Of a stretch of 64,000 nucleotides of DNA, positions 10,934 through 23,885 are shown piece after piece. The translations under genes were made by a program, and so were the position numbers. The notes under the pieces are model-generated. The model was not told where the DNA came from. It ran no database searches and was given only the letters and a program-made list of their open reading frames with translations. Each line of letters starts with the position of its first letter. Within the stretch, counting starts at the first letter, position 1. Source of the DNA: Massalongia carnosa (taxonomy: Eukaryota); the NCBI GenBank assembly GCA_965645245.1, contig OZ287068.1:372001-436000 (forward strand), given 5' to 3'.

Positions 10934-13676
10934 TCAAGCCTTACTCCTCTTCGATTTCTTTTTTACCGACTTCTCCATCGTCTCCACCCCGTCGTCATCC
11001 CTCTTCCGCTTCTTCTCAGAACTCGCGTCACCGTTCGGCTTTAAGTCTGCCTTTTTCAGTTTCTCTGCCGCCCTCCGTGCCTTTTTGATGTCCTTCTTGC
11101 TTATGGCTACGGGCTTGCCCTCCGCCTCGAACTTAATCTCACCTCTCTCAAGTTTTCTTTTGTATCGGTTGATAGATAAGCCTGCCTGCTTCGCAAGGTC
11201 CCTGAACTGACGGTCATCCCGCTCCTCTCTCCTTTCAATCTGCTCGGCTCGCTTCTGTCTGCGCTCCTTTCGATCCAGCCTACGCGCTAACTTGGCTTTC
11301 CGAATCTGACGTTGCTTGCTACGTTCCTCGGACATTGCTAATTTACGCTCATGTCTCTCCTTCTTTCGTGCTTTCTTTGCGATTTTCGTATTACCTAAGA
11401 TGGATGATTGCCAGTTGGTTTCCTGCTGGGTAGGCGACGGGGGCGAGTCTGGGGTATCTGCGGAGACGGTGGAAATTGTCTCGGATTTGTCATCATCACC
11501 ATTTGCAGTAACCCCGTTGGTCGTACCGCCATTGGTAATTAGGGCATCTGAGGCTTCTACTTCCTTAGATGATTTCGACCCTTCCGCTTTGGATGATGAA
11601 AACCCATGTAGTTTTTTTGATGCTGGCGCCTCTGCATTTTTAGAAGGTTTTGACGGGATCTTCGTCTCTTCTTCTACTTCGGAATCATCATTCCCCGAAC
11701 TTTCCTCACCAGAGCTCTCTTGATCCTCAGACTCTACACCTTCTTGTACAGCTTCGAGCATATCGGAGTCACTCTGGTTGTCCTTCTTCAGCTGCTGACC
11801 GACAGGTACAATATCCTCCTCAATGACTTCAATCATGCTGACGTCAACCTGCTTATCTTTCTTAGGATTCTTGCTGACGGGGGCTGTGGCTTCTTCGACC
11901 GCCTCAGCCGTCTTGACATGGCCCTTTTTGTCCTTCTTCAATTTCTTGCTAACAGGCGCTACAGCTTCTTCTACAGCTTCAGCCATCTTGACGTCGCCCT
12001 GGTTGTCTTGCGTTGACGTCTTTCTAACCGCCGCCGCCGCCGGTTCGTCACCAGTCAATCCATCAGCGTCAGGATTATATTTTCGCGCTTCCTTGACTTC
12101 CCACTTTCCTGGGGTAACTGATACTCCGTTTGGAGCGATGTTGACCCCCTTCGACCGGAGTGGTCTTCCTTCTAAACCAGCCAATCTTCGCTCAATCTTC
12201 AATCGGTTCTCCACACCGAGCGCAGACTTTTCTTCTTCCGTAACCATATCTCCTTTACCCTCACCTTCGGCACTCCAATCCGCAAGTGCATCCACACGTA
12301 AACCGAGGGTGGCCTTCGTGGCTAACATTCGTGCAATCTTTCCCTTATTCTTCCCGGTAGCTTGCCCGATTAATGATGCGTGGTAGATGAGTCCGTATTT
12401 GGGAGTATCATGCTTGGTTTTAAGAGCCCTGAAGAGTGCCTTCTCTGCGCCAAGAATCTGGATGGTGCTAGCAGGACTTTTTGCAAGGTTCATCAGGCTT
12501 CCAGCATGTGCTATTAACCGAGCACCAACAAGCTCACCTACTAAGGCGGTCAAATTGGGAGCGATAGCCGCCATTCGTGCTGACAGATAGCCCGATAACT
12601 GAGAGCGATAGTCGGTGAAGCCCACAACCTGTTCAGCAAGCGCTTGAATATTGGCCAAATCCTCGGCCGTGATCTCGGTACCCATCGAAACTTCTGCAGC
12701 AGACTTGACAGCATTCTCGATTTCTTCGGGAAGAATCTCGGCAAGATCTGTTTTGGCTGCGTTGGTCCTCATTCCCATAGTAAGGATGACTCGGGCGTAG
12801 GCAAGGTTGTCATTCACGATGCGCCCCATTTCTGGAAAGTGCCAGCCATACCACTCCTTTACACGCATTGCGTAGGTATTCAGCTCTTTGTCCAGGTCAT
12901 CCAGAAGAGATATGGCTTGTACAATCATGGTGTCGACTTTATCAGGGGAGAACTTGAGTTTATGCCTTGATAGCGAATGGGATAAGCCAAGCGACATAGT
13001 TGAGATGTCTTCGGGGAGGAGTCCGGGAATCAAGGAGGGGAGATGGTTGCGTATAGAGCGATATAGATCCGTGGTTGTGGCATCGGAGATGAGGTTAAGG
13101 GAGAGCTGAGGAAGCTTGTTGATCGCATTGGCTGACGAGGTTATCAGCAATTGCACTGTAATTATGGTAGACATAAAAGTACCAAGTTTGGGGTCAGCTA
13201 CGGCTAGAGACGCCTTTTTTTCATCCTTTATGGACTCCAGCAAGTTCGCCAAACGAGGCGTCACCTTTCCCTCGATCAAGGCGGCGGTTTGTTCCAGTGC
13301 TGTACAAAATCAGCCTTTGATTGTTTCACTGGTATGCTTGAGACGGACCGGTAGCTGCACTATCGAATTTGTGGAAGTCTTTCAATTTTAACCTGTAGAA
13401 AACCGAATCTGATCAGCATCCAAGCCCAACGCAGATTGATCATATAACACCAATCCCACACAGAGAAATGACGCCATAGCAGAGGGGACTGAAGACGTAC
13501 AGACTACAGATACCCTCAACAGTATCATCTTCTCCAGAAAATCCGTCAGGTTTCAGAACCTTGGAGGTTTTCGCCTTCAGGAGCGCGTACCCGACAGGAG
13601 TTTCTCTATGATGACATTAGCGTGTTAATCTTTTACAGTTGCAGTGACAAACATACTGTAGAATAAAAAGACCCAT
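10934..13676 (-). CDS. NOP58: Box C/D snoRNP core protein Nop58 with an unusually long C-terminal tail
   Basis: Starts [17 protein letters not shown]; contains [54 protein letters not shown] and [28 protein letters not shown]; four short 5' introns. Confidence 0.96.
11732..12010 (-). repeat. 75-bp (25-aa) degenerate tandem repeat, about 3.5 copies, in the NOP58 tail
   Basis: Units: [25 protein letters not shown] / [25 protein letters not shown] / [25 protein letters not shown] / [12 protein letters not shown]. Confidence 0.85.
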
Positions 13677-13903
13677 CTTAAACAGGAAAGTGGGACAGTG
13701 GTTGAGTATAAAGACAGGAAGGCGCGAGCGATTTGCTCTTTCCCGCCGAAAGTTTTTGTGAGCTCAAGCAAATTCGTTAAATAGCTGATTAGTCAGCTTA
13801 TCTCGCTAAAGGATTGGTCCTGAAAAGGTTTAGCTAGTTTTCCCCAGTGTATAGCTTGACGACAGGTCATGCACTTCCTCCTGCCTTACATCTCATTATT
13901 GTA
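13677..13903. promoter_or_regulatory. Compact bidirectional promoter between NOP58 and VMA6
   Basis: Only 227 bp separate the divergent ATGs at 13676 (-) and 13904 (+). Confidence 0.6.
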
Positions 13904-15217
13904 ATGGAAGGCTTGTTCTTCAACGTTAACGGCGGGTAAGGACCAAGCCAGCATTTTATAACCTAGACTTGGATGAATACTAACTACTTAGCTTCGTCGA
14001 AGGTATTGTCCGAGGATATCGAAATAGCTTATTGACAGGACAAAACTACAACAACCTGATTCAATGCGAAACCATCGATGGTATGCATCCCTACCCAAAA
14101 CCTCTCACCTCCTTCCTAACCGACCTCAGATGTCAAACTGCAGCTATCCCCCGCCTATGGCGACTTCCTTGCCTCTCTCCCTCCCAATCCCTCAACCTCC
14201 TCTCTCGCCAACAAAACCACTGACAAGCTCGTCGCCGAATTCCGGTACCTCCAAGCCCAAGCAACCGGCTCCCTGGCCAAGTTCATGGAGTACCTGACGT
14301 ATGGGTACATGATCGATAACGTAGCCTTACTCATAACCGGCACCCTTCACGAGCGCGACACGCGAGAATTGCTGGAACGCTGCCACCCGCTCGGCTGGTT
14401 TGAAACGATGCCGGTGCTATGCGTCGCTACAAATATTGAAGAACTTTACAACTCCGTGTTAATCGAAACGCCGCTGGCGCCGTACTTTAAAGGTTCGCTA
14501 AGCTATCAGGACCTAGACGAGCTAAATATTGAAATTGTGCGTAATACGCTGTACAAGAACTATCTGGAAGACTTCCACCGCTTCGTGACCGAGCACCCGG
14601 ATCTCCGAGGGACGCCTACCGCAGAGGTCATGTCCGAAGTGCTCTCCTTCGAAGCCGACCGCCGCGCCATCAACATTACGCTTAACTCCTTCGGCACCGA
14701 GCTTTCGAAGCAGGATCGACAGAAGCTATACCCCGAGTTCGGATGGTTGTACCCGGAAGGAACTCTGATGCTCTCGAGGGCCGACGACGTTGAAGGTGTG
14801 GCGTTGGCCGTCAGCGGCGTGCACGACTACAAATCGTACTTTGACGCCGTGGGCATGAGCGGCGGCGGCATGGGCGGTGCGGGACCAGGGAACATGAGCG
14901 GCGGCGGCGGAAGTGATGGAAAGAGCTTAGAAGATATGTTTTATCAGAAGGAGATGGAGATCTCGAAGGGGGCCTTCACGCGGCAATTCACGCTCGCCGT
15001 CATTTACGCATGGGTCAAATTGAGGGAACAGGTAACGAAAATTTCCTTCTTCTTCTTCTTCGTCCCTCCTTACTCTTTCCCTTTCCCATGGTTAAAAGCC
15101 GAGAAATGGCACTAATCAACACCCGGACGGCAGGAAATCCGGAATATCACCTGGATTGCGGAATGCATTGCCCAGCACCAGAAAGAGCGCATTGGAAACT
15201 ACATCAGCGTGTTTTAA
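13904..15217 (+). CDS. VMA6: V-ATPase V0 subunit d, 4 exons
   Basis: [40 protein letters not shown]|...[18 protein letters not shown]...[17 protein letters not shown]...[33 protein letters not shown]. Confidence 0.97.
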
Positions 15218-16581
15218 ACCCTCAACGAGCTCGAAAAACTCCTATTCCTTTAAATTGGTAGTTTGAATTGTAAATTATACAATACCACTTTCTTGCGACT
15301 ATAGTCCGGACGGGCGTTACAGTGGAGATACAGGAACGGAAGAGGGACAGGCAAAGTCTAATTTCCTTGAGCGACTTTACAAAAAAATCCATTAAAACTC
15401 CAAACTCTCCCCTCCCCCGCTCTCTCCCATCGATGATCCCTCCTATCTATCTGTTTTTTGTCCTTTTCTAATCAAAACACCATTCAAACACATCCTTATC
15501 TCCCTCTCCCTCCCACCCAAACCTCAATCAAACCCCCACCTCAAAGCCCTCTCTACCCCCCTTCCCAACCCCACCAAACCCCGGTTTCTCCTCATAACCA
15601 AGCTCATCCTCGCCCTGCCGCCTCCAACTAGGCGCGTTTCCCCCTCCGTCTTCAAACCCCCCGCTTCTTTGGTCACAGGAGCGGGTTCAGCAGGAGGTAT
15701 CCGGCTATAGGATAATAGGCGATGGATAGGTGGTGAAGAGGTGAGAGTGGAAAATGGGGGATGGTGAATGAATGAATGATTGGTTCGGGGGGGTGTTGAT
15801 AAAATGAACGATGGGGATGGCCGTGAAGGTAAGGGTGGGAGAATCGGCTGGAGAGTGAGTCCGATAAGGACCTAAGTGCGGAATGGGAAAGGGGAAACCG
15901 AGGATCGATTGAAAGGTGTACTGGTAGCAGTTCGGTGACGTTGGGTGGGGAGGCCGGAGGCGGATTGTCAATTGTGAGCAGGAAGTGGTAGTAGGGAGAA
16001 TGAGGCGAAGGGACATACGTAGCAACAGCAGCAGCAGTAAGAGGGTGTCCGGCCTGAGAAGGGGAGCCAGCACATGTCCGAATAAGAGGGAAAGGTGGAT
16101 GGACTCGAATGGCAGCTGGACTGGGCAGTGAGAGACCATGAAGAAATGGGGGCGAAAGTAGTAGCAGCAAGCAGCCAGATGATAGTGAGAGTGACAGTAA
16201 AATATGGACACAAAGAACAAGATCAATTATTTAATCCATACAAACAAAGTCGTTTAATTAATCTCTGCACCTTTACTGAAATCTCGAACTACCATGTTCC
16301 TGGCTTGGGAGCTGTCCCAAAAGCCACAAGATAGCACAAAATGGTCAGCGAGTACAACTTGCTACTTCCTAACATCCAGCCTAAGAAAAGTCATCAAGAC
16401 GGTTTAGGAAAGGAAATCTGATTCATGGGTCGGCTTGCGAACAAGAAAATAATAGAAATGTCCAAGCATTTACGTCAATAAAACAAACTCTGAAATGTCG
16501 TAGGAAAGACAAAAGAAAACCAAAGCCCAGCTTCCAGAAAACTTCCATGCTGCACTTATGAGTCAAGAGCAACTAGCACGA

Positions 16582-19459
16582 TCAAACCAAACCGTGAGAC
16601 TTGCGGCGATGCTTGAGAAGATTATCGGATCTCCGATATTCCTTGCCGCATAACGGTTCTGGACAAATTAGCGACGGGCGTTGGGAGTGTATGTTAAGGA
16701 TATGACGCTGTAAATTCGAATATCGATCACGTGGATTGCCTGTGAAAGGAGTGTTACATGTGACACACCGCAGCACGTTAAGATTAGCGGTTGGAGATGG
16801 AAGGAAAGACCCCAAGGCAGCAGAGGAGCTTTCAACTGGGGAGGTCGATGGCGAGGTTCCCGGAGTAAATGTGGTGTTGCTGTCATTACTGGGAGATCCT
16901 ACAGCGTCAAGAAACGTAGAAGATGTCAGAGTCGTGGCAGAAGAGTCGGTGGAGTCTGAGCTATCCCCAGAGCTCATAGATGTAGGTGACTCGCATGGCG
17001 ACGAGGGCTGCTCGCCGAAAGCAAGGGCGCGACCGAAGCCTGGCCCTTTTCCCACTGCAGATCCTGACAAACGCAGTTTGCTCTGCACCTCGGAAGAAAT
17101 AGCTAATACTCTATCCAGAACGGTTGCATGATAGCGATCACGCCAGCCCGGACCAGACTCTTGCATGACACTATCACAGAAGGAGGATACGATCTGTCGA
17201 AATTCACTACAGATATACGGTGATGGATAATCCGACTAAAGATTATTAGCGAAAGTATACCAGATATCAATCGAATTAATGCTTACAACATCATCAACCG
17301 TGAGCATCAATTCAACTTCACGCGGATTTCGAAGTATTCCAAGGTGCAAAAAAGATAAGGATTTATCGATCTGGCCGCGGAATTCGTTAACGCCCTCCCA
17401 CCCCGCGATCTTGTTAATAATCTGTGTCTGCATCGTTTGTATATTACGCCGGGTCAAGTGAGTGCTTTGATTATCATTCCTTTCAAAAACTCCGTTATAC
17501 TCAACTCCTGTACAACTTTAGCCCAAGAGACATCAGAACCTGTACCGAGCTTCATGGCAGCTTACTATCAGTGTAGCGGATACAAGCGGAAATCACCTGA
17601 CCAGATTTTAGCACTCGTAACAAATCCAAATCATCTAGCTCTAGCCAGGATTGTGGTAGCCATGAGTCCGGTCCATAAGACGTCGCTTCGTGACCTGTAG
17701 TAATAGAGAAAGAAGCGTTAAATTTCGGGTCCAAGAAATTCTTAGGTGTATTACTACGAATCTGCGAAAGCGGACCATCCGCCTGCCTTGCTTCAATATG
17801 CGACCATCCTGGAGGGGACCAGATTAAATCAGCAGCTTTAAGAAATAGCAACTTGTCTTCTGTATTTGTAATCGTATGTTGCCAACAAAGCAGGTCCTGG
17901 TAGAAAGAGTTCCAGAAGAGCAATGTGTCCTCACGGTGATATGTGTACGCACATGCAAAGGCTACCTGCATTAATGCGAAGGCTTCTTCGAAGGTTTTTG
18001 GGAGAACGCGACGATGAAAGCGTTGAAGAACTTGAATTCCAGTCTCAAATAGAGAGGGTTGAAAAACTCTAGCCTTTATCAAGGAGGAACCAAAACTTGG
18101 CGTCAACCGTCGGATTGATTCGTCATGCAAGGTAGACACAAGTTCCCTCAGGTCCCAAACGGAAGCCTCTATTGGTGTGAGCTTATGATCAGTTGGGCTT
18201 CTTTCCAAGCAATCAACTTTCGGTACCAATCGGGAAACTGCGCTTGGTGATGCGTGCTTGATCAAGGATTGATCACCACCTTGGAAATTACACTTATCTT
18301 GCCAAACGTTGTGATGCACATTATTTGGTCTCGAATAGTTTCCCTTCCAGGATCTTAGGGGTGACCCATCATTTCCCGAAACAGGCATGCTGGGTCTTGT
18401 ATCCGTTGCACACAAGGCAAAGTTTGTTGCCATATTTGGTAAATGGCCAACAGAGGTTCCATGTTCTAGAGTAATGTCCGACATCCAGGACGTTGGACTA
18501 CCTACTTCTGGCCAATTTGCGACCGGTGGAACACAGGAGTTGACAGGAGAAAGGGGAGACACGCTGTATCTGTCCAAGTCCACAGTGCTGATAGTTCGGC
18601 CCTTGATCATACTGCTCACTGGCGTGTCTAGATAAGAGATGTTCGGTGGATGGGAAGGCGCAGAAAGTTCTGCTACAGGAGTTCCGGAAAGTTGGGCTGG
18701 AGTGCACATTGGGTTATAATTGTCCAGTTCAGCGTAACGCCAACTGGGAGTTTCAACGGCGATAGAGCTTTGACAGTCGTCATTATCATTCCCCATTTCA
18801 TACGGCTCGCAGTCGTTGAATATATTGTGACCGGCTTGGCAGCAACTGGGGTTATAAAAATGCCTTGCCATTGGGCTATATTCTTCGGCAGGTACTTCTG
18901 GTAGATGATAGTGAGTGTCTCCGTCCAATTCAAGCTTGGGGAAGCAAGTATCTTCATATGGTGGCGGTGAGGTTGAATATCTTGCTTGTACAAGGCTCTT
19001 GCGGCCAAAGTGCTTGAAAAATAATATTGCCCGCTTCAACCGCGGCGCTTTTCTCAAAATTCGGTTTGTCGGATTATTTCCGTTGATGGTATGACACGCT
19101 GTGAATTTCTCTGGCCGATGGCAGAAAGGACACCAATACCAGGCATCCGCGAGTAGTGGACAACAGGAAATATGATGCAGACAAGATCCAAGGTTATCAA
19201 AGCGATCGCGGCACCAGAGCAGTGGGCAAATCAGATGCTCCTTTGCGAAAGTATCTTGGGAAGCATTCCGCTCATAGGCAACCCAGTGCTGGAATGCTAT
19301 TTGGCACTCTCGATGAGAAAGCTTAGCAAAGGAGTTTGGATCGTGGCTTTTGCAAAGATAGCTCTTGAGTCTGCTTTCGATGTATTAGATATTCGCATGC
19401 AGACCCAAACTTGAAGCTTACGCGCATGGAACTTGAGGTGTGATGAGTTTGAAAGCCAT
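16582..19459 (-). CDS. Fungal C2H2 zinc-finger protein (putative transcription factor) with an N-terminal Cys/His cluster
   Basis: C-terminal CVTCNTPFTG...NLQRHILNIH and CPEPLCGKEYRRSDNLLKHRRKSH. Spliced N-terminus from ATG 19459 gives CPLLWC...HISCCPLL...YWCPFC. GT-AG introns link ORFs 17552-19057, 17236-17457 and 16582-17166. Confidence 0.75.
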
Positions 19460-21602
19460 GTTGATTAAATTTGCCGACAGCGACGACAGCACCAGGCGAA
19501 GTCGAAGGTATAATAGTTATGCCACGGCCTAGTCCCCAGGGATACAAGTTTATCGAGGGAAGAAATTAAATAACTGACAGGATGCGTACATTAGAGAAAT
19601 ATAACTGATCATGTAACAATCCAAATTCGCCGCAAGGATTAAATCAGCAGTCCTGAAGGACTCTAGGAGTGCGCCTGTGAATAGATTTGATTGCACAACT
19701 GAGCAGAGCCAGATGTAACATATTCTAGATTTCCAATAGACTATGTATGACACGCAATTGAACTAGTTGCAGGACGTCTTGGGCAAACTAGTCCGAAAAA
19801 CCGGTGCGCCGTTGAATGAATTCGTACCGGAGAGTAACTCCTGGTAAGTCGGTCCATCACGACATACTCGACGGACTGCTTTGGTAAGGATGGGACATGC
19901 ATCATGCAATAAAAATTGGAGCACGTCAATCAGACTGGTTGACCGAATGGTAAGTCCGTCAACTGTTAGACCAGGGAGGAGGCCTAGCCGGACAACAGCT
20001 TAGGTTATACATCCGATAGGAGGAAAACAGAATATCCTCAACGAGGAATCAGGCAATTAAGCTAACCTCTATCTGGGGACGGTATGGTACGGTACGGTAC
20101 GGTGTGATATTGGTCCTAAATCACAACCGACGAACCATTCGTGTTGTGATGGCTCAATCGAACTACCTTCCAGTATTGCATCAATGTATCGCGATTTTGT
20201 GCAGTAGCATCCGCAGGTTCCAATTCAGCTCAGTAAATCCATGGTAAGGAAATCGTGGGGTTAACGTTGAAGTGTGGGATACAAAGCGCCTGCCCAAGGA
20301 TCGCAACAACTACCGGCGGTTCCGAATGACGGAGCATAGATCAACCTACGGTGCCTAGATGCGATATTAGCCGTGAAGGGTTTGGGTCGGCAAGCATGTT
20401 TTGGAGATCAGAGGGTGGGATCTTACAAAGTATGAATAGGAGCCGCATTGAAGCGAGAACGATGGCCGACGTGACATACCAGTTCGATGAGTATTCCTTT
20501 GGCAGCGTTTAGTCCGTAGGCCAAGCTAAAGGACGGCCAAAAATCGCATATTATTGATCAATCGGCTGATAGGCGTATTCTCGTTCTCGATGCCTAAATG
20601 CGATCGGGCTTGTCAGGCAACTTGTGCTGTGAACTCGTAGTCAGTAGTTTTCCATTTGCAACGTCATTGTCTCCTGGCTGTCTCCTAGGCGTTCCTGTGT
20701 CGATAAATACGTAGAACACTGAGATCGGGCTCACGTCAACTTTATGTAGAATGACTTTGTCGGCTGTATAACAGCACAGCCATCTTCATTGGCATAGCCT
20801 TTCTCCCATTGTAACAATGGAGGTCAAGAGCGCCCCGCAGCCTTACAGAATACTGCGGCTCCAAGATTCAAGGGCAACACCCTGTGTCGCCCAGAAGTCG
20901 GTTTTTTTTATACACCTACCCAAAGAAAAATACCGAGCACTTCTGGACAACACGAGTAGAGTTAAGTGCCTGTAGGATTGGATTGTATGTCTATTGTCCA
21001 GAAAGCTGCTGGAGTTGCGGTTTTAGCAGCATGCAGGAGGACGTCGTATCCACCTGAGTACTCCGTAACGTTAGTGGTCCGGTGACTTAGCATGTCTTTA
21101 CCTAAGCTTTACCTTAACCCCATTTAGGGTTTTCCGCGTCCAGTTTAAACAGCCTGTTGCCTCAGGAAGGAAGGGCGCCCAAGGAAAATCATTACCCCTC
21201 CCTATCTATCCAATCAGCATTGAGCCTGAAATTCAACCCAAAGAGCACCAATTTTCATATCAACCCTAACCAGCTTAGAGGGGGAAGCTCCTTTAGTATT
21301 TGTGCTTGACTATGCCTGAAGAATTTCAATGCTGCTAAGAGCTTCACATAGAACATCCCTAGGAAGCATAATGTTCTTCAATGTGCAACTCCAAATTATC
21401 CTTATTAACGTCCGTTGGCAGTGTAATAGATAGAGCTAAAGATGAAGCCCAAGCCATAATGTGAGAATGACGAATTTTAAGACATCTTCCTATTTAAATC
21501 AACATCTCAGCCCCCTGCGCCTTGAGACCTGCTACAGCGAGAAACGCTAACTAACATACTCTGTAATGAAAGGTTAAAGAAATATAGTGTCAATCAAGCC
21601 CC

Positions 21603-22444
21603 TTAGTCTATAACAGTAACCTCAATTGTCACGCCTCCCTCTTCGGACCAGAATTTCCCTTCCAAGGCGTTAACTGCAACCTCGTTCGCGTGGGAATGGA
21701 CCACATCGATGGCGGTATAAGGCATAGTTCTCCATGGTGGCTTATATGAGATAGTTTCCCATTTGATAGCCCCTGATTTGTCGGTAAGCATCAGGTAGTA
21801 GTAGGTGCCATTACCGGTGTAGCTGCACTAGATTTCAAATGTTAGCGATGCTCTTGTAGACGGACTCATAACACGATGTACCGATATCATGTTGTCATTT
21901 CTCTCAATAACAAACTCGTCATCACCATTTCTTGGTTCACGGCGACAGAACTTGATCCTCCGGTGGTATGGATTAAGAAAGATACTGAGAACCTCTTCAT
22001 CGTAATGGTAGAGCAATGTAACAATCATATCAGGAATACTGAGCTGCCTGTTGTCAGTATTTTCATTAAAGCTGTCCATGTTTATCAGATGTGGGTAGCC
22101 CATGGGTTTGTCCGCTGGGAGTTTCGGATAAGACGATAAATACTCCAAGGGGGGGCTAGAGCAATTCAAGCTTGGCGATATAAAACGGGAATCGGTTGTC
22201 CCAGGGTAACCTGATAATGGAGGCATTGGCCTATTTTCTCCCAGGTAGCTCCCTTTGGTTTCCGCTTCTGGCGCTTTAGATAAGAGAGAAGCTTTAACGC
22301 AAGTATGAAGCTATAAAATTTGTAGCTACCGCATATATATTGTGCCGTGATCATAAATCCGAAGAGGGACGCCAGAGCTTCTTTATAATAACTCCGATTG
22401 CCTTTGTCTCTTGTGAAGACTATATTCATTGTTTTGCCAATCAA
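21603..22444 (-). pseudogene. Probable decayed gene of unknown function
   Basis: ORFs 21828-22226 and 21603-21791 are in the same frame and separated by one TAG (21830-21828) followed by CSYTGNGTYYYL; upstream ORF 22166-22444 is in another frame. Confidence 0.4.
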
Positions 22445-22510
22445 TAATATATTCGATTGCCTTTCTCTCTTGTATAAAGACCAGATTCATTGTTCTGCCA
22501 ATTAAATAAT
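22395..22510 (+). repeat. About 59-bp imperfect direct tandem duplication
   Basis: cgattgcctttgtctcttgtgaagactatattcattgttttgccaatcaataat versus cgattgcctttctctcttgtataaagaccagattcattgttctgccaattaaataat. Confidence 0.85.
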
Positions 22511-23885
22511 TCACCTAAGTGGCAACAGATACACAAGTAGAGCATAGCCTAGCGGAACAAACACCGAAGCTATTATCTAGACTTGAGAGCTAGAGAAATC
22601 ACAAATTAACGCAAATTGGAGGAAGAGCTCGACTTTAAAATTTAAGTTAATAAGAAAGTCAGAAGATCAGACATAAGTGCTCATCAGGCATGGAATCCTA
22701 TCATCGCACTTATGAACTTAGAGTTATGAAAACATGGGTGAGGTTAGCCTCATGGATTCTTTAAGTGAAGGACCAGGAACGGATACCACTTTAAAACCAT
22801 TGGATGCTGGGAATGGCAGCAGCAGGGGTTTGCCTAGGTGCCTGAAACCCGCCATAGCAACAAACTTTTCACCGCCACGGTGCTCTTATAAAAGTTGGTT
22901 AGCCTCTTAAAAGATATAAGAGAATATCAGATTCTGCTGCCCATATCGTTGTAACAGCTGTCAGTCTCTTATGCTTTGAGAGGGCTAAAATCTTTTCCCA
23001 TCCTATGAAACCGTGCGGGCCTTGACTTAATTTACACTTGAAACTCTTTTCGAGCCCGTCCCGAATCGTTAAACCCATCGGTTCATTGCTAGGCTCAATG
23101 ACGACAGGTCCAGTGTTTAAAATAGGAGGGATGGATGGAGAATGATGGACCCAATGCACAGAAAATAGGTGGCAGAGTGCCAGAAGTCTCTGGATAGTAC
23201 AGAACTTCTATGAATGAAATAATTCAGATTATTGCGACTGATCTCTAAGCTACATACTAAGCCGAACCCTGATCTGGTCGAAAGATGAACGCAATCAGGG
23301 CAGTAGAACCAGGGATCGAATACTATGGAAGCTCGATGAGAAAGGTCGTGTCAAAATCCCACAGACCCAAAACCGTAAGTTTTCACAGCGGCGAGAATAC
23401 CACAAAAATACTGTATCAGAGGAGTTCGTTTCGCGACCGTAGGGGCTAAAGGCGGTGTTTTTAACTTATCTTACTTCACGTGAGGAGAGAGGCAAGCATA
23501 TTAACAAATGGGAGATAAAACATATGGCTCTCAAGATCGCCAGTTAATCGAAACAAGGAATATATAAAATGTTGCTAAATCTCAAAGCGGTAAACTAGCA
23601 TGAGATAATCGATTGAAAAAACTGAAGGATTGAGATTGCTTTTTGCTTTTGGAGTTATTAAACAAAGATTGTTAGCAAGTACGGAGTACGGAGGGTGGAG
23701 GCACAAACCCCGTTGTATATACACTAACTGTATACAGTTAGCCCCATCTGGTTTGTTTACTTTCTCAACATCACGAACTCCAACCAATGATCAACACCCA
23801 AATCTTCTGAATGCGACCAAGCTGTGGAACCTGAATGCTCCAAATGATTTTCATTTCATCTTGAACACTGCTGCCATTCTCCATC

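Noticed and set aside
13290..13660. Possible intronic snoRNA in NOP58
   Set aside because: Introns are short and no RTGATGA...CTGA box pair was found on the sense strand.
15673..16226. Minus-strand 165-173 aa ORFs
   Set aside because: Pro/His/Ser/Leu-rich products explained by strand skew, with non-ATG starts.
21110..21270. Telomere-like words (ttaaccc, ttagggt, aaccctaac) suggesting a telomerase RNA template
   Set aside because: Short matches expected by chance; no pseudoknot or CR4/5 element could be identified by eye. A covariance-model search would be needed.
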